Shown here: positions 51,101 to 63,947 of the stretch, one piece after another | Layout: every line of letters starts with the position of its first letter | Position numbering within the stretch: position 1 is the first letter of the stretch | Source: Halocafeteria seosinensis | Lineage: Eukaryota | Assembly (NCBI GenBank): GCA_001687465.1 | Contig: LVLI01000325.1 | Coordinates: forward strand, 62,001 to 126,000 | Length of the DNA: 64,000 bases | Direction of reading: 5' to 3' | Program-made: the position numbers and the translations under genes | Notes under the pieces: generated by a model | What the model saw: the letters and a program-made list of their open reading frames with translations, nothing else | Databases searched by the model: none | What the model was told of the DNA's origin: nothing

Positions 51101-52242
51101 CCGTGAAGTTCAATACACACAACCAGAAAAGCGCCATTAGAGCGAAAGCTTACCATATCTGCTCCTTGTTGCTTGTAGAGCCTTTTGGGCAGTAATAGCC
51201 CTTTTTGCAAGAACCACTGCACTGAGACGACTTCAGCTCTTCCACGCTTCCGTATCTTCCCGGTGGGCACTCAGTACAACTCTTAGAGGAACTAATGGTG
51301 GCAGCGTACTGTCCAGGATCACACTTTTCACAGCTTTCTCCGTCGCTGCTAAGTTTATAGCCAGGCAAACAGCCAACTGTAAACGTAGTGCAAATGTGCA
51401 AGTGCAAGTCACGTCACACACGCACAGTCTGGAATATACGTCGGGACCGCGACTTACCAGGTAGACGGCAAACAAAATGATGCCTGTTGCTACAGTCTTC
51501 ATTGACATGCGTTAGCCGCGGTTCACCACCATTCCAAAGCATTACACAGTCCTCATCATTGTCTTTAGGGTACGTCGATGCCCACTGTGAAGCGTGCGAA
51601 TTAGGCACGGAGTCGTCATTGACCCATCGAAACCCATTCTGCAATTCCCAGTGGAATAACCTTGCAGTCGAAAGCACTAAAACAACAGATTACAGTGCAA
51701 TACCAAACTTACCCCTGTCCGCTGCATTCCGATCCAGCATTGGTTATTCGGACCGCGGCAAAGAGAATAAATCAATTCTCGCGTAGCTCCCTTGTCTTCC
51801 CATCGTGCCAGATCCCCTGCGGGAACAAAAGCTTTACATCGACGCTGCTTGGAACAGAAAAATTCGTAGATGGGGCACCATACCATCTTCATTTTGGCAG
51901 ACATCCCGCGCATCTTCGAACGCTTTGCTTTGAGCGAAGTACCTGAAGCAGTAGTCGTTCTCGTCGATTTCAGATCGGGTGTAACCGGGCGGACAGTGAA
52001 TGGCTGCACAAGTTGAACGCAAATGAATCCAGCCAGAAAGTACGCCCAGAAGCGTATGCACCACTCATGATTCCAACGGCTTTAGCACTTGGTTTCTCAG
52101 GTGTGCGGCTGACGTGTCGGCTTACATACAAACAGATGCACTTACGTTTGTCCGCATCATCATCAGCTCGAACAGCTCTCTGGAAACTGCATAGAACGGC
52201 GAGAAGCACACAAAAGTTCGGAATTCGACCGAGGAACATCAT
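39110..52242 (-). CDS. Giant multi-pass cadherin-repeat surface protein: signal peptide, C-type lectin, Cys-rich repeats, ~10 cadherin repeats, ~14 IPT/TIG repeats, EGF-like, ~9 TM, coiled-coil tail
   Basis: Five small 5' exons (signal MMFLGRIPNFCVLLAVLCS; CTL motifs CFRYF..SKAFEDARDVC, CWIG, CVMLW, HFVC) plus a ~12 kb final exon with CPxGYYC repeats, cadherin motifs (xE/LDYE/DxD/NDxPP), IPT motifs (TxGG..I.GxNFG) and a hydrophobic C-terminus (IDYFQVLAMF..WP, F.KLYYNFKP.KWYW, PY..NTVE). Confidence 0.88.
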
Positions 52243-53080
52243 AGTTCCTTGCGCTTTCGCTGCGAGAGACGGAGATTCGAGCGACGTGGAGAATTCCAAG
52301 GCTTCCTTCGCCTCGGCAAGCTCCCACCAGAGTCTCCCCTGGGAATAGCAGGGCTAAAAGAGGCTGGCCGTCTCCCCAGAGCAGTGGTAAAGGTATTTAG
52401 GTATTGACAAGCGCAGAATGACGAGCCGCGTACACGGAACGAAGAAAAACACTTCAACGTCCCTGTGCGCCGCTTCCCTTGTGTCTCCCCTGCGCGTTTG
52501 CCCGACCCCTTTTTGGCACCCAGTACAGTGGGGGAGGCAGGGAAGAAGCCTTCTTTGTAAACCTGTAGACACTGAGATAGTAGCCCTAGCTACAATATGT
52601 TAATTGTAAATGACGACTAACAAACCCAGACACGCGTAGCGAGTTTGCGAAGAGTACCTTTAGCGTTAAGCTTTAAGCCTCACACGTAGCATGCCGGGTC
52701 TTGCGACCCAGACAGCTGTGTGCGACAGATACTGGCCGCTCTGGCAGTCTCCTTCCAGGATCGTGACTCATCAATTACGAGAAGAACTCCTCTACTTTGT
52801 GTCTTAGATGTACTTGGAAAAGTACCGCAGTATTTATCATGTGCTGATTTGCTCAGACTTGACATCGTTCGGGGGTGTTTCATCATGTCGGACACAAAGA
52901 GCAGCCGAGAGCTCACCAGAGGAATTAGCCGCTGGCCGTACGGGCGCGTGCGGCTAAATCAGCGCGGAATAACAGGCTACCTATAACGTATTCTAGTACA
53001 ATTTAGCACGTAATTTGTATATAACGCAATGTGCATTTAGTGAGTGTCGGAGTCAAAACCATTGAAAATGGGTAATGTAG

Positions 53081-56000
53081 TCATTTACTTCGGTTTGAGC
53101 TTCCCTTGCACGGCAGCATACAGTTCGTCGGTGGTTTGTTTCGCATCCCCAAGCAGCATATCGGTGTTCCCCTTGTAAAAGACGGGATTATCCACTGTGA
53201 TACATAACACATCGATAAAGCAGTGAAAAAGACGCTTATATAAACCGAAACAGGCACATACCAGCTGCATATCCAGTACCCATGGTCCGCTTCATAACGA
53301 TGACATTGTCGGCTTCCCAAACACGCAGCACAGGCATTCCGGCAATCGCACTGTCAGGGTCATCTTGCGCAGCAGAATTGACAGTGTCATTTGCCCCGAT
53401 GACAATAACCACATCCGTATCGGCAAAGTCATCGTTAATGTCATCCATTTCTTCCACGATATCTGCGCGCGGCAACATGGAAAAGAGGTATCCCATGCAC
53501 AGCTGTAGCTACCTTCCATCTCTAATGCTTACCGTATGGGATACCAGCTTCAGCCAAGAGGACGTTCAGCTGGCCCGGCATTCGCCCCGCAACGGGATGG
53601 ATAGCAAAGCGAACGTCCTTGCCAGCATCACGAAGGGCCTTGACCATACTGCCGAGAGAATACTGAGCNTTTGCAACCGCCATTCCATACCCTGGAGTGA
53701 TAATCACTTTCCTAGCATCAACCAGCCTTTCAGCAGCGCCTGCAATAGCATTCAAGAAAGCTGTTTATACTGTCGCAATCAGCTTGTCGAGTTGGTACGA
53801 TAACGAACCTTGGATATCCACCTCAGTATGTTCAAGCTGTTCTGTGGCTTTTGTAACCTTGGCATTCTCATTCCAACCACCCAAGATAACATTTGGAAGC
53901 GAACTGCATTCCATACATTGGGTAAACAATTTCTCCGAGAACTTTCAACTCTTGCATAAAGACGTACCGATTCATCCCTTCACACATGATATACGACAAG
54001 ATAGCACCGCTGGAGCCTACGAGCGCGCCAACAATCGTAAGGAGATCATTGTTCAACATGAAGCCCTCGGCGCATAGCGCCCAGCCACTGTAACTATTGA
54101 GCACGGTAATGACGACAGGCATATCTGCCCCTCCAATGCTAGCGGTCATGTGGGCACCCATGGCTCCACTTAGACCCGTCGCAGAGAGAAGTGCGGCCAA
54201 GCCGGTTTCCGCGGAGGGGTGTGAACAGTAGACACCCATAGCACCGACGGATGCTGTCGCCATTCCCGCGTTTAACATGTTCTTGCCACTTAGATCCAAG
54301 GGTTTCGAATCCAGAAGTCCCCTCAATTTAGCGAAGGCAACCAATGATCCAGTCAAAGTCACCCCACCAATCCAAGTACCTGTGAAAAGTGTTGACATCA
54401 CATGCCAAACGGGCGCGGTAAAATAATAATGTAGAAGGGGGACTTACCGAGATAAACGGATGTTTCATTCACTTTTCCCACCGCGTCCGTCACGAAAGAA
54501 TCATATTCGCCAAGATGTTTCGAGAGTCCAGTTAGCACTGCCGCTAGACCAACACTAGAGTGGAAGGCTGCAGTTAACTCCGGGAGCTCAGTAATGGCGA
54601 CCTTCTTGGCAATGTTGTATCCAATAACGCCACCTCCACCTAGCACACCAGTCATTTGAGCCATAACCGACGCCGAGGGAGACATATGTCCCAGGGTGGC
54701 CAAGATTCCGCCACCGACACCAATCATTCCGAGAGCGTTCCCTGAGCGTGCCGTTGAGTGCTGAGATAATCCCGCAATCGCTCCAATGCAGCATAGGGAA
54801 GAGCCCAAATAAGCTAGTTGGTGAACCTGTTCTGCTCCCATAGCAGCAGCTGCCAAATAGCCCCCTGCAATGGAGAAGGTATTGGTTAGCTTGAGCGAAA
54901 ACTAAAGTAGGATAATACAACCCAGACTTACCACCAAACATGGCAGCCGGAATGCCGTAGAGGTACATAGGCTCAGGAGGATCCTCTGGGCGACGGAACA
55001 TATCAAGCATGCGATGCGTTACCAAAAAGCCCCCACCAATATTCACTGCACTAAACCCGGCTGCTGCCGCGGCCAGCGCTTGTCCTGTGGTATGCGGAAT
55101 GACACCACCACCCATTAGTGCCATCCCTCCGACAGCTGTCATCCCCGATACTGCGTTGGTGACGGACATCAATGGAGAATGAAGAGAGGGTTGTACGCCC
55201 CAAACAACCTGTACAAAGAAAATAAAAGACGACTAAAGTAAACGAAGACCAAGACAAGAGATATGCTTAGATTGCCTTACGTTGTAGCCGATTACACCAG
55301 CCAGACCCAGCGTAGTTACCATGGTGGAAAACTCGGGAGTAGGAGAGACGAGACCAATACCTATCATAGAGGAGAGAGCACCCCCAGTTGCAAATGCTCG
55401 GAAGCGGGTCGTGCGATACAGTTTTTCAGCCGCACTTATATCCTCGGGCTGACCCAGCGACCCCTTCTCATCCTTCTGCTGCTTTGGAGGAGATGGATCG
55501 GCGATTGCGGGAGGCGGCCACATTTTCTCACCTTCAAGAGTCACTATGCTGCCTCGAACGACATCGTCGTTAAGATCTACAATATACTCCCCTTCCTTGT
55601 TGGTCATACTCATCAGAAGCTTACTAACGTTATTAGCGTAAAGGGTCGAAGACTGGGTTGGAAGTCGGGATGGAAAATCCGTGTAGCCAACTATTTTCAC
55701 GCCATTCGACTCCGCAAGCTTTCCAGGTTCGGTCAGCTCACAATTACCTCCATTTTCCGATGCAAGGTCAACGATGATCGACCCAGTTTTCATTCGAGAC
55801 ACCATGTCCTTCGTGATTAGCTTAGGAGCTGGTTTTCCGGGTATCAATGCGGTTGTGATGATAACATCGACCTCGCTAGCTTGCTTTGAGAACAATTCCA
55901 TTTCACGCCGAATAAATTCATCGCTCATTTCCTTGGCATAGCCTCCAGATCCCTCGCCAGATTCTTCCTCAATTCCAGTTGTATCCACTTCCAAAAACTC

Positions 56001-56934
56001 CGCTCCCAAGGATTCAACCTGTTCTTTGACAGCCGGGCGGGTGTCAAAGCCACGTACAATTGCGCCAAGGTTCTTGGCTGTAGCCATCGAGGAGAGCCCG
56101 GCAACGCCGCCTCCAATGACGAGCACTTTGGCCGGGGGTACGCGGCCAGCAGCGGTCATTTGACCAGCGAAAAACCGGTCAAAGTGACTGGCTGCCTCAA
56201 CAACGGCTTTGTACCCAGAAATGTTGGCCATGGAGGATAAAGCGTCAAAGACTTGAGCTCTACTGATCCGCGGAATACAGTCCATTGCAAAGGCCGTAGC
56301 TTCCTGCTGCATCAGACGATTCACTAAGTCTTCATCTCTTGCTGGGTACAAGAAAGAAATCAGATCGGATTGCTTCTGAAGGAAATCGACTTCGTGTTCT
56401 GCAGATGGAGTCACAAGCAAAAGCCCCTATGAGAACACGGGAACAGACATGGTGGCAGTAAAACTTACGACTTCCTGCCATAGTCGGAGGACGAACCTTG
56501 AGTATAAAGTTCGACGTTTCATAGAGATCCGCTTGACTGGGCACTATAGTAGCGCCGGCGGCTTCATAATCCTTGTCCGAGAAGTTAGCAGCCGCTCCAG
56601 CACCAGATTCCACGAAGATGTTGTCAAAGCCTTTCTTTTTCAGCTGCTGAATGGATGCCGGGCTCTGCGAGACGCGTCTCTCGCTTTCCCAGATTTCCTT
56701 GGGCACTCCTAAGCGGACCTGAGAAAGGGCTTTCTTACGCTTAATGCCGCCTCGATCAGGCTTCCCGCCTCCTGTAGAGGCGTTTGAAGAATTCCGAGAG
56801 AACAGGGATGGGGCTGGCCCGTGCTTTCTGTTCCCGCGGAGCTTGTTCCCTCCCAAATTGACGTCTCTCGCAGATGAGAATCGACCCATACCGGCGCCAG
56901 AGCGCCGCAAAAACGAAGAACGCGCAGATAGCAT
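53081..56934 (-). CDS. NNT: Mitochondrial-type NAD(P) transhydrogenase (fused alpha-beta), multi-exon
   Basis: R/S-rich presequence; GVPKE...[138 protein letters not shown]. Confidence 0.97.
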
Positions 56935-57597
56935 CGTGTAAAAGGCAATGAAAGACCAGAAAGAACGAAAAAAGAATGCGCAACTGGCCGTTAAGTTGAA
57001 GTTTTTCAATTATGTTCGTTTTGCCCACAAAGCTCGTAAAGACGATCCTAAGAACACTTACAGACCAGAAAGCCTACAAGTTCGCTTCAACCTACCTTGG
57101 AGCCCTAACAACCCTATTATACCGGACGAATTGTACCTTCAAAACGAGCAAGATACAAACGCATCCTCCGTCCGGGCCCAGCGCCCGGATTTGAATTCCA
57201 CCTCGTGTTTACCCCCTTTCATCGGCGTATATCGAGCGTACACATACCATATGGTATGAGTGGTACACCTACCTATTTCTCAGATAGGGATAATGGCGGA
57301 AAAAGCGTACAAATGGGAGATCCGGGACCAGGTACCGGACACGTGGAACCAGCTGGCGGGGGGACTTCGGTGAGGACCACGCCGAAGCTACTACATAAAG
57401 AATCAAATATTGCGATAGCGCTCTTTCATGATCGTTATTCATTGCATCCATGTGAATTCAGATTTGGGCTCGTTTCAACCGTACTTGCTTCTTTTTAGCA
57501 ATGCAACTGCAAAGTGTAGCTCCTTTTTTCAGAATTCCTCTTACCGTACCGTAGTTGCGTGTAGTCACTATTAACCACAACCATGATTTCCAGAGTT

Positions 57598-60458
57598 CTA
57601 ATTCTCTTCGTTGGAGTTTTGAGGAATATAAACGAACCGGCCAGGGTCGTCAGTTTCATCTTCACCAGTGGTATACCCACCCGTTAAGTCCGCATGTTTG
57701 TCTCCTTCAGGAGTTATATCGCGAAGGATGGCATTTCGGTCGAGTTCGCTGGGATGTCGCTGAGGCGTCTTCTCATGCCGCCCTTCTGCTGCAGAACCTT
57801 TTGGGGGCGCATTCTCATCTGCAGCCCCGCTGTTCTCCTTGTCGTCTTCATTGTTCTCTTCGTAGATGGCAAAGGAGAGTTGTCTTGCTGGGTTACTATT
57901 CGCGGTCGCCTGAACAGCCTCACCACTTCCATGCTGGCTTATGTTTACGCTTGCTGCAGGTGGAGGCCTGGCTCCACGCTGCTGGCTGTCAGAAAACAGT
58001 CGATGGTTATTTAGCGCCGTCGACACCAAAGTGTTGTTTGTTTCCGCAGCAATCGGTGACAGCCGAGGCGTCGGACGGTTTGCATAGTCTTGATGATTAC
58101 CAGCGCTGGAAGTAGCTGTTACAGCGGCTGCTGAACGATCATTTTGATCGTTGTAAATCAGGTCTGACACACACTGGCTTGCATTTGTCATTGCAGTATC
58201 CTCCTGTTCCAATGTCGCTACCAAACTTTGGATGCCTCCAGTTGTGGCAGTATCATCTTCTCTACCCTCGTAAATGGGTGGACGTTGGCCCATGGGCTTT
58301 CTCCCCTGCTGCTGCATTGACTGGCCCTGGGCACCTTTCCCGTACTGATCATTGTTGTTATTGGCCGCAGGCCTCGTTGCGAACTTTGCATTAGGCGAAG
58401 CAAATAAGTCGCTCAAGTCTTCCATTGCTAGTTTAGTATTGATGGTGACATCTTCGGAATCAGCCTGTTCAATGTTGGTACAACCAACATCATCTTCTGC
58501 CTGCTCCCCAGAGACATTTCCACCTACTTCTCCTGCACGGCTGCCAACTCTGGAAAGTGCGTCTGGATTCTTCTGCAAGTAATAAAGCATTCGCACCTCC
58601 TCGAAACATAATGGGTACGAGTCGCTATGATCCGATTCCTCGCCATTTACTATGTCGCACGCTCTCTGATTAACAAGTCCAGCAGCCGCAGCACCATGGA
58701 GGCCAGTCTGTTGGCACATCTTTCCAGATAGAAGCGACGCATCATAAGCAGGAACTGCTGTTGACTGTTTTGATGCCTTCTTGGTTTTCTTATATTCCGA
58801 GTGTTTGCTCGAACCCCTACCATCAAGAGCGGACAGATTGGTATCTTGAGCCGGCAAAGTTTCATTCAAATCTGCTCCATTATCCTCAAATATGCTGAAA
58901 GACAGTTGAGCGGGTTGAGCAGTAGCTTGCGGCGGTGCATTACTGGGCAAGGACGCCGTGTCCCATCGAGACCGTTGCTGAGTATTTTCTTTCGTCCGCT
59001 CGTGAAGAGTACCCAGGGTGCTCCAGCTCCCTTGAACCGGTTCTCCTAACCCAGAGCGACTATTAGCACTACTTTCGTCGTCAACATAAACAGGAATCGA
59101 ACTAGACGCTGCATCCGCGGAGCCAACCAGTGCCTCTGTGGAACCATTCTCGGCGCTCTGCTCCTCCTCTCTATCAATTTCAGCTCGGGATTCGTCGAGA
59201 CTCTTAAGAGGCTTTCGTTTCCTTTCCCGGGAAGAATTCCGAGCAAAGCTAGTTTCCAAGTCATTCTGTCGCCGAGTTTCGGGTAAGCGAGCATTCTTTC
59301 GGGCGGCATCTGTCAGTGTGTCTAGATCCATGGCAGTCTCGGCAGCTTGCCGAGCAGATTCCTCACGAGGAATGGAAGAATCGTTCCGGGAAAATAAGTC
59401 TTCACCATTTGTATGCTTGATCCATAACTTCGTCATTCTTCTCATGAAATGTTGCTGTTTTTTCTGGAGTCTCTCCTTAGGTTTCGCGCCCCTGGAGGAT
59501 AACAAGAGTCGTCTATCGCGTTTTTGTCCCGTAGAATGATCCTATTCGTATTTACCTTCCAATGCCTTGTTTATATATTTTATCCGCAAACGCGTAATTT
59601 CCTCGTTGCTCCGCCACGCTCGCCCATGCCATGTAAAAAAGGGCCAGATTTTCACCTGAATGGATCAAAAATCGTGGAAACTCTGAGGAACCGTCGACAT
59701 CACATACACATCTTACCAAGTTTCTTCGAATAAAGATATTTGAAGACATCGGCGGGGTCTGAGTGCTTGTCAGCCTGTATTTACAAAGACTCGCGGTTAA
59801 AGCAGGGGACCAGTTTATCTGAGGCGTATACACGGAGGCACTCACATAGAGTATCCATATGCGAAGATATGAGAGGCTGTTTTTGTATCTAGAATCATCC
59901 TCAAATTCTTGGGCACACCTCTCGTACAGCTCGAATAATTTGTCATCAGGGCCATCTGTTGGTAAGTTTTGCTCAGCCCATCGAATATACCTGTAGCCAA
60001 ACGGGATTCGAGTTAGCATATGCGCTAACTTCCTTTTGTGAGACAGCTTACGCTAACCAATGCTTAAGAGGATCTGCATCTTCCTCGGGTATCCTACGAA
60101 GTTTCTGCTCGAAGTCCCTGTACCATAATCAATATATAAAGGTCATCGCCGTCCTACAGGCAGAAGTCAAACGAAGCAGGGTCAGGGACAGGATCCTCGA
60201 TGGGAGCAGACACAAGCACCCCATCGATTGTATGCCTATGACGGAGAGTTTAACATACCTCTCTTTTGCTTGTAATTGCTTTTCCCTATCTTCGCGATTG
60301 TTTCTCTCCATCAAAGTTTTGTTTAGTTTGTTCGGATCCCGTCCACGCGCGCGGGGTTGGACGTTCTCTTTGCTCTGCTCCCATGCCGGCGCCTCATTGT
60401 CAGGCGCTTGCTCAGCAGAGCTCCCATGTGTATGCGTGCCGCTTGTTTGGTTTTGCAT
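57598..60458 (-). CDS. MadBub (Bub1/Mad3/BubR1 family) spindle checkpoint protein, no kinase domain visible; multi-exon 5' end
   Basis: KEN1 (WEQSKENVQPRARGR), TPR (DPL, YIRWAEQN, RYKNSLSYLRIW, LALFYMAWA), ABBA-KEN2-ABBA (IPVYVD..TKEN..FSIFED), GLEBS (CFEEVR), CDI (DVTINTKLAMEDLSDLFASP), FAIYEE..DKEN. The 3' end may include a small extra exon to about 57495. Confidence 0.85.
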
Positions 60459-61116
60459 TGTATGGACTCTGTACTAGCTCTGGTAACACTATATCGTCTT
60501 TAACGGCCGCCAAGGGGATCCGCTGTCGTTCGTGTTGGCTGGTCCGTATACAATGCCACAAAGATCAACGACTGAGCCGTTATTCAATACCAGCAATGTA
60601 GGGACTATGGGATCCTGAACGAAATCAACATTACATCAGTATAACAATCTTCCCCCTGGGGCTGTGTTCTTGGAGATTTGCGCGCGCGTTTGTGAACTTC
60701 ACAAGTTGAATCAAATTTGTTCTGCTCAATGAATCAATTGTATGCAGTGTGCATAGACACTGTACCCATTTCTTTTGTGTGTGAAAAATTATCATGAACC
60801 ATGATGATAAACTGCATGAACATCAGAACACGAATCATGAAAATGAAAGACATGTGTCTGGCAACTGTCACTTTCCAGATATTCCAGAACCTGGGTGCTG
60901 CTTTCGCTTTCGCAGGGGCGAGCAAGAGCAAGTGACGCCGCTTTACGTTTTGATTGGATTTTAGTATTCTCCACGCAGCGCAAAAACTAGAGCCATGACA
61001 GCGCAAAAAATTTTTGATTCATGTTGATTTTAGGCAATACTACCAGCAGCTACCCAACAATGGCAAGCAAGCTCTAGTGAATAATGCCGCGCATCGACTC
61101 AAACGTAACATGAACA

Positions 61117-62469
61117 CTATCCCTTGAAAAATTCATACCTGAAATTCAACATCTTCGTAATTTCCTCGCAAAGGACAGTCCACTGCAAGCTGTCCTTTCC
61201 CGCATTCTTGTCCGGATGATAGTGGGAAATTGCTTTAATGAGTGTCTTCTTGATATTGTCAGAATCAAGCGGACCTAAGACGTGTGCGGACTCTTTCGGT
61301 GGATGCTTTTCGTAGACATACTTTAGTAGCGCATAAGCGGACAGGTCGGCTGCCTTCAAAGCGTCAAGTTCGGGCTGCAATTCCTCCAGGATTGGTCCCC
61401 GCTCAGCCTCTCTACGCTGGTTATCTTCCCGTACAGCTTTCTCTTGGAAATATTGCTTGGCTCTTGTGACTTCTTGATACCAATGTAATCCTGATAGGTT
61501 ACGTGGCTGGAGAGACTCTGCAAGGTGGAATGCCCGATCAATATACACCTTGCACGGAGCTTCAGTTTTCAGTATGTCAAGGTAAACTATCCCAATCTTT
61601 GAATACGCAGTTGCCTCGCCTTCAACATCAAGCTCCCTCGTTAACAAGGCCGATTCCATGTACTTGTCAATTGCTCCCCAGATGGCATCCATATTCAATT
61701 CCTCGCTCCCATCGATTGCTTCCTCTATCAAGCAGTCGCCAATGTATCTGGCTTGGATCGACTCACAAATAAACTGCTGTTGGATCGCACGTCTTTGCAA
61801 TTCTTCCACTGTCTCTTGGAAATCTTCTTCTTTACACCACCGGGACGCTTGTCCCAACGGACGGTAGCACTCATGCACCAGGTTCATTGACTCTCTGAAG
61901 TCGCGCTCGAAGGCCTGTATTGCGGAATTGAAGCACTCTCGTGCAAGCACTTCATAGCAACAAGCAACTGCACGAAAATGCATAGATGCACAGGAATCAA
62001 AGCAACTGCATAATCTGTGGAGCAGTTTCAGTTTTTCCTTCATCTCAAAATCCCGGAACGCTTCCGTGACTGTCTCGAGGAAAGTGCCAATCTGTTCCTT
62101 CAGCTGTGAGACCCAGTTTTCCGGTTTGACGTACTCACTCTTTTCAAGCGCTTGTAGTGCAGAATGTATTCCTTCCTTCAAATGGTAGAAGAATAGCTCC
62201 TTCTCTTTTTGAAACACTTCCGGGGATCCTAGAATGAGTTCCGCGTGAGACATTGAAGCTGCCCCGATATTCTTCAAGCAGGAAGCCATTTCTCCTGGTT
62301 GGTTTCTTGGGGTGCTGTTTTTCGCTTTCATATAATACTTGTTTGCTTCAGTCAATGCTGCCCGTTTGATGGCTGGCGCTAATCCAGGTTTCTTAGCACG
62401 CAAAAAGTGTTCATTTCCTTTGTTTCGCAGCTCGGAAACAAGGTTTCTTGTAGTTGAAGATGCTGACAT
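61117..62469 (-). CDS. Intronless TPR-like helical protein with C-terminal J-domain-like (HPD) segment
   Basis: ELRNKGNEHF, MASCLKNIGAA, EATAYSKIGIVY (TPR-like); IKKTLIKAISHYHPDKN...LCEEITKMLN.RY (J-domain helices II-III). Confidence 0.75.
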   Translation of the reverse strand: MSASSTTRNLVSELRNKGNEHFLRAKKPGLAPAIKRAALTEANKYYMKAKNSTPRNQPGEMASCLKNIGAASMSHAELILGSPEVFQKEKELFFYHLKEGIHSALQALEKSEYVKPENWVSQLKEQIGTFLETVTEAFRDFEMKEKLKLLHRLCSCFDSCASMHFRAVACCYEVLARECFNSAIQAFERDFRESMNLVHECYRPLGQASRWCKEEDFQETVEELQRRAIQQQFICESIQARYIGDCLIEEAIDGSEELNMDAIWGAIDKYMESALLTRELDVEGEATAYSKIGIVYLDILKTEAPCKVYIDRAFHLAESLQPRNLSGLHWYQEVTRAKQYFQEKAVREDNQRREAERGPILEELQPELDALKAADLSAYALLKYVYEKHPPKESAHVLGPLDSDNIKKTLIKAISHYHPDKNAGKDSLQWTVLCEEITKMLNFRYEFFKG

Positions 62470-63363
62470 ATTTTCTCAGGATACACTTGTACTTTGGTCT
62501 GTGCCGCACCTTGCCTCTGGGAGCTGAAAATATATATGTAAACTCTGCCACTTATTCCGAAAGCACTTCGTGATGATAGAAGGCAAAATGTTAAGCAGTC
62601 ACCGTATCAACTATAATGTTGTTCATACTATGCTGCTTCTTTGTTGGTGCGGTCAAGGTTGAAGCCGAGATTCACATCACGAGTCACCTTGTTCCAATCT
62701 CAGGATCTCGGCGCCCCGAGTCGGCGCCCTTAATCTTCCGTGACTCCGTCAATGATGAACACATACAGGCAACACTTACAATGTACCAGTCTTCCAGCTA
62801 CCGGTATGGTCTAGTCTAAACACTGACATTGATGCGATCGCCACTACAGTTTTACAACTGTGTACCGGTATGTGTGTGTGTGTGCAAACTCATAAAGTCT
62901 AGCTGCTCTTCGATTTTCTTTCTTACACCGCCGACCACACAAAGTGTAACACATTCTGTACGTAAGACTAGAGCCACTGTAGAACCATAATATGGTAAAG
63001 CTGAACTTTGAACAACGTGGTCCAGGGATGATTCGTGGTTTAATTCTTCGCGAAAATTCTCGAACAAAAACTTTGCACCGGACCCAGGAAGTTCACAGTG
63101 AAGCAGCAGATCCAGTCATCCTAGTCAAGTGAGCTATTGGAACTACTGGTAAATTACCATTAGTAACGCCGATTTGACACCCACGATTCTAAAGTATCGG
63201 TAGATAATCAAGATGTAGTCCTGTGTAGAAACACGGTGTATTTCGAACAGTGTGCTATGACTCTTAAGATACCTATTCTGGTCTCTAAGTCCAAATCTCC
63301 GTACCCTATCAGCAGCACCAGTAGGTGGTTTACAGGCACTGCGATCGAAGTTTGGACATGGCC

Positions 63364-63947
63364 TTATTTACATCCATTTTGACGAGAATACAGACCAAAA
63401 ACCAATAGCAAGGAGTGCAAGTAGGTTGCCGGCCAGCACAGAGGGGAGAGCTCCACAGGCTCCTTCTGAAGCGTATAAGAAGTAGAATTCAACAACTTCA
63501 TGAACTCGTCGTTTCTATACAACTTACCTTTAACCGAAACGACGCTATTTCCCGGAGGACTAGCTTCACACGTCTCCCCCAAGACGATGGCACCTTTTGG
63601 CTCGTCAGCATTGGCATACAAGCAACCGCCATCTCCGTCAGTGGATTCAACCGAGAACCAGTTGTCAGCAAGTGCGGTCACGGCACTGTGACCATTGAGC
63701 AATTTATTCATAATCAGATGCTTCGTAAGACGACGAGGCTCTTGTATACGCTGTACTTACCTAACAGAAAAGTCTGAGCATCCGTCAGTAATTCCAGGCT
63801 GATTTTCTGCGCAGAGCGTGGCTGTACCACTATCATCTCCAACGTCAGACAGGTCCGCCGAGATGCACGTGTCTCCGTCTGTATGTACCCAAGATTTCCT
63901 GCATTAGAACCAACATGAATCATGATGAATGGGAACCCTTGTTTCAC
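63364..63947 (-). CDS. Probable internal exons of an unidentified gene extending beyond the right edge
   Basis: Acceptor (ccgcag) at about 63948, donor GTAAGT at about 63760, followed by a 115-codon ORF; no recognisable domain. Confidence 0.3.

Noticed and set aside
53669..53669. Ambiguous base N in the NNT coding sequence
   Set aside because: Assembly ambiguity; frame preserved.
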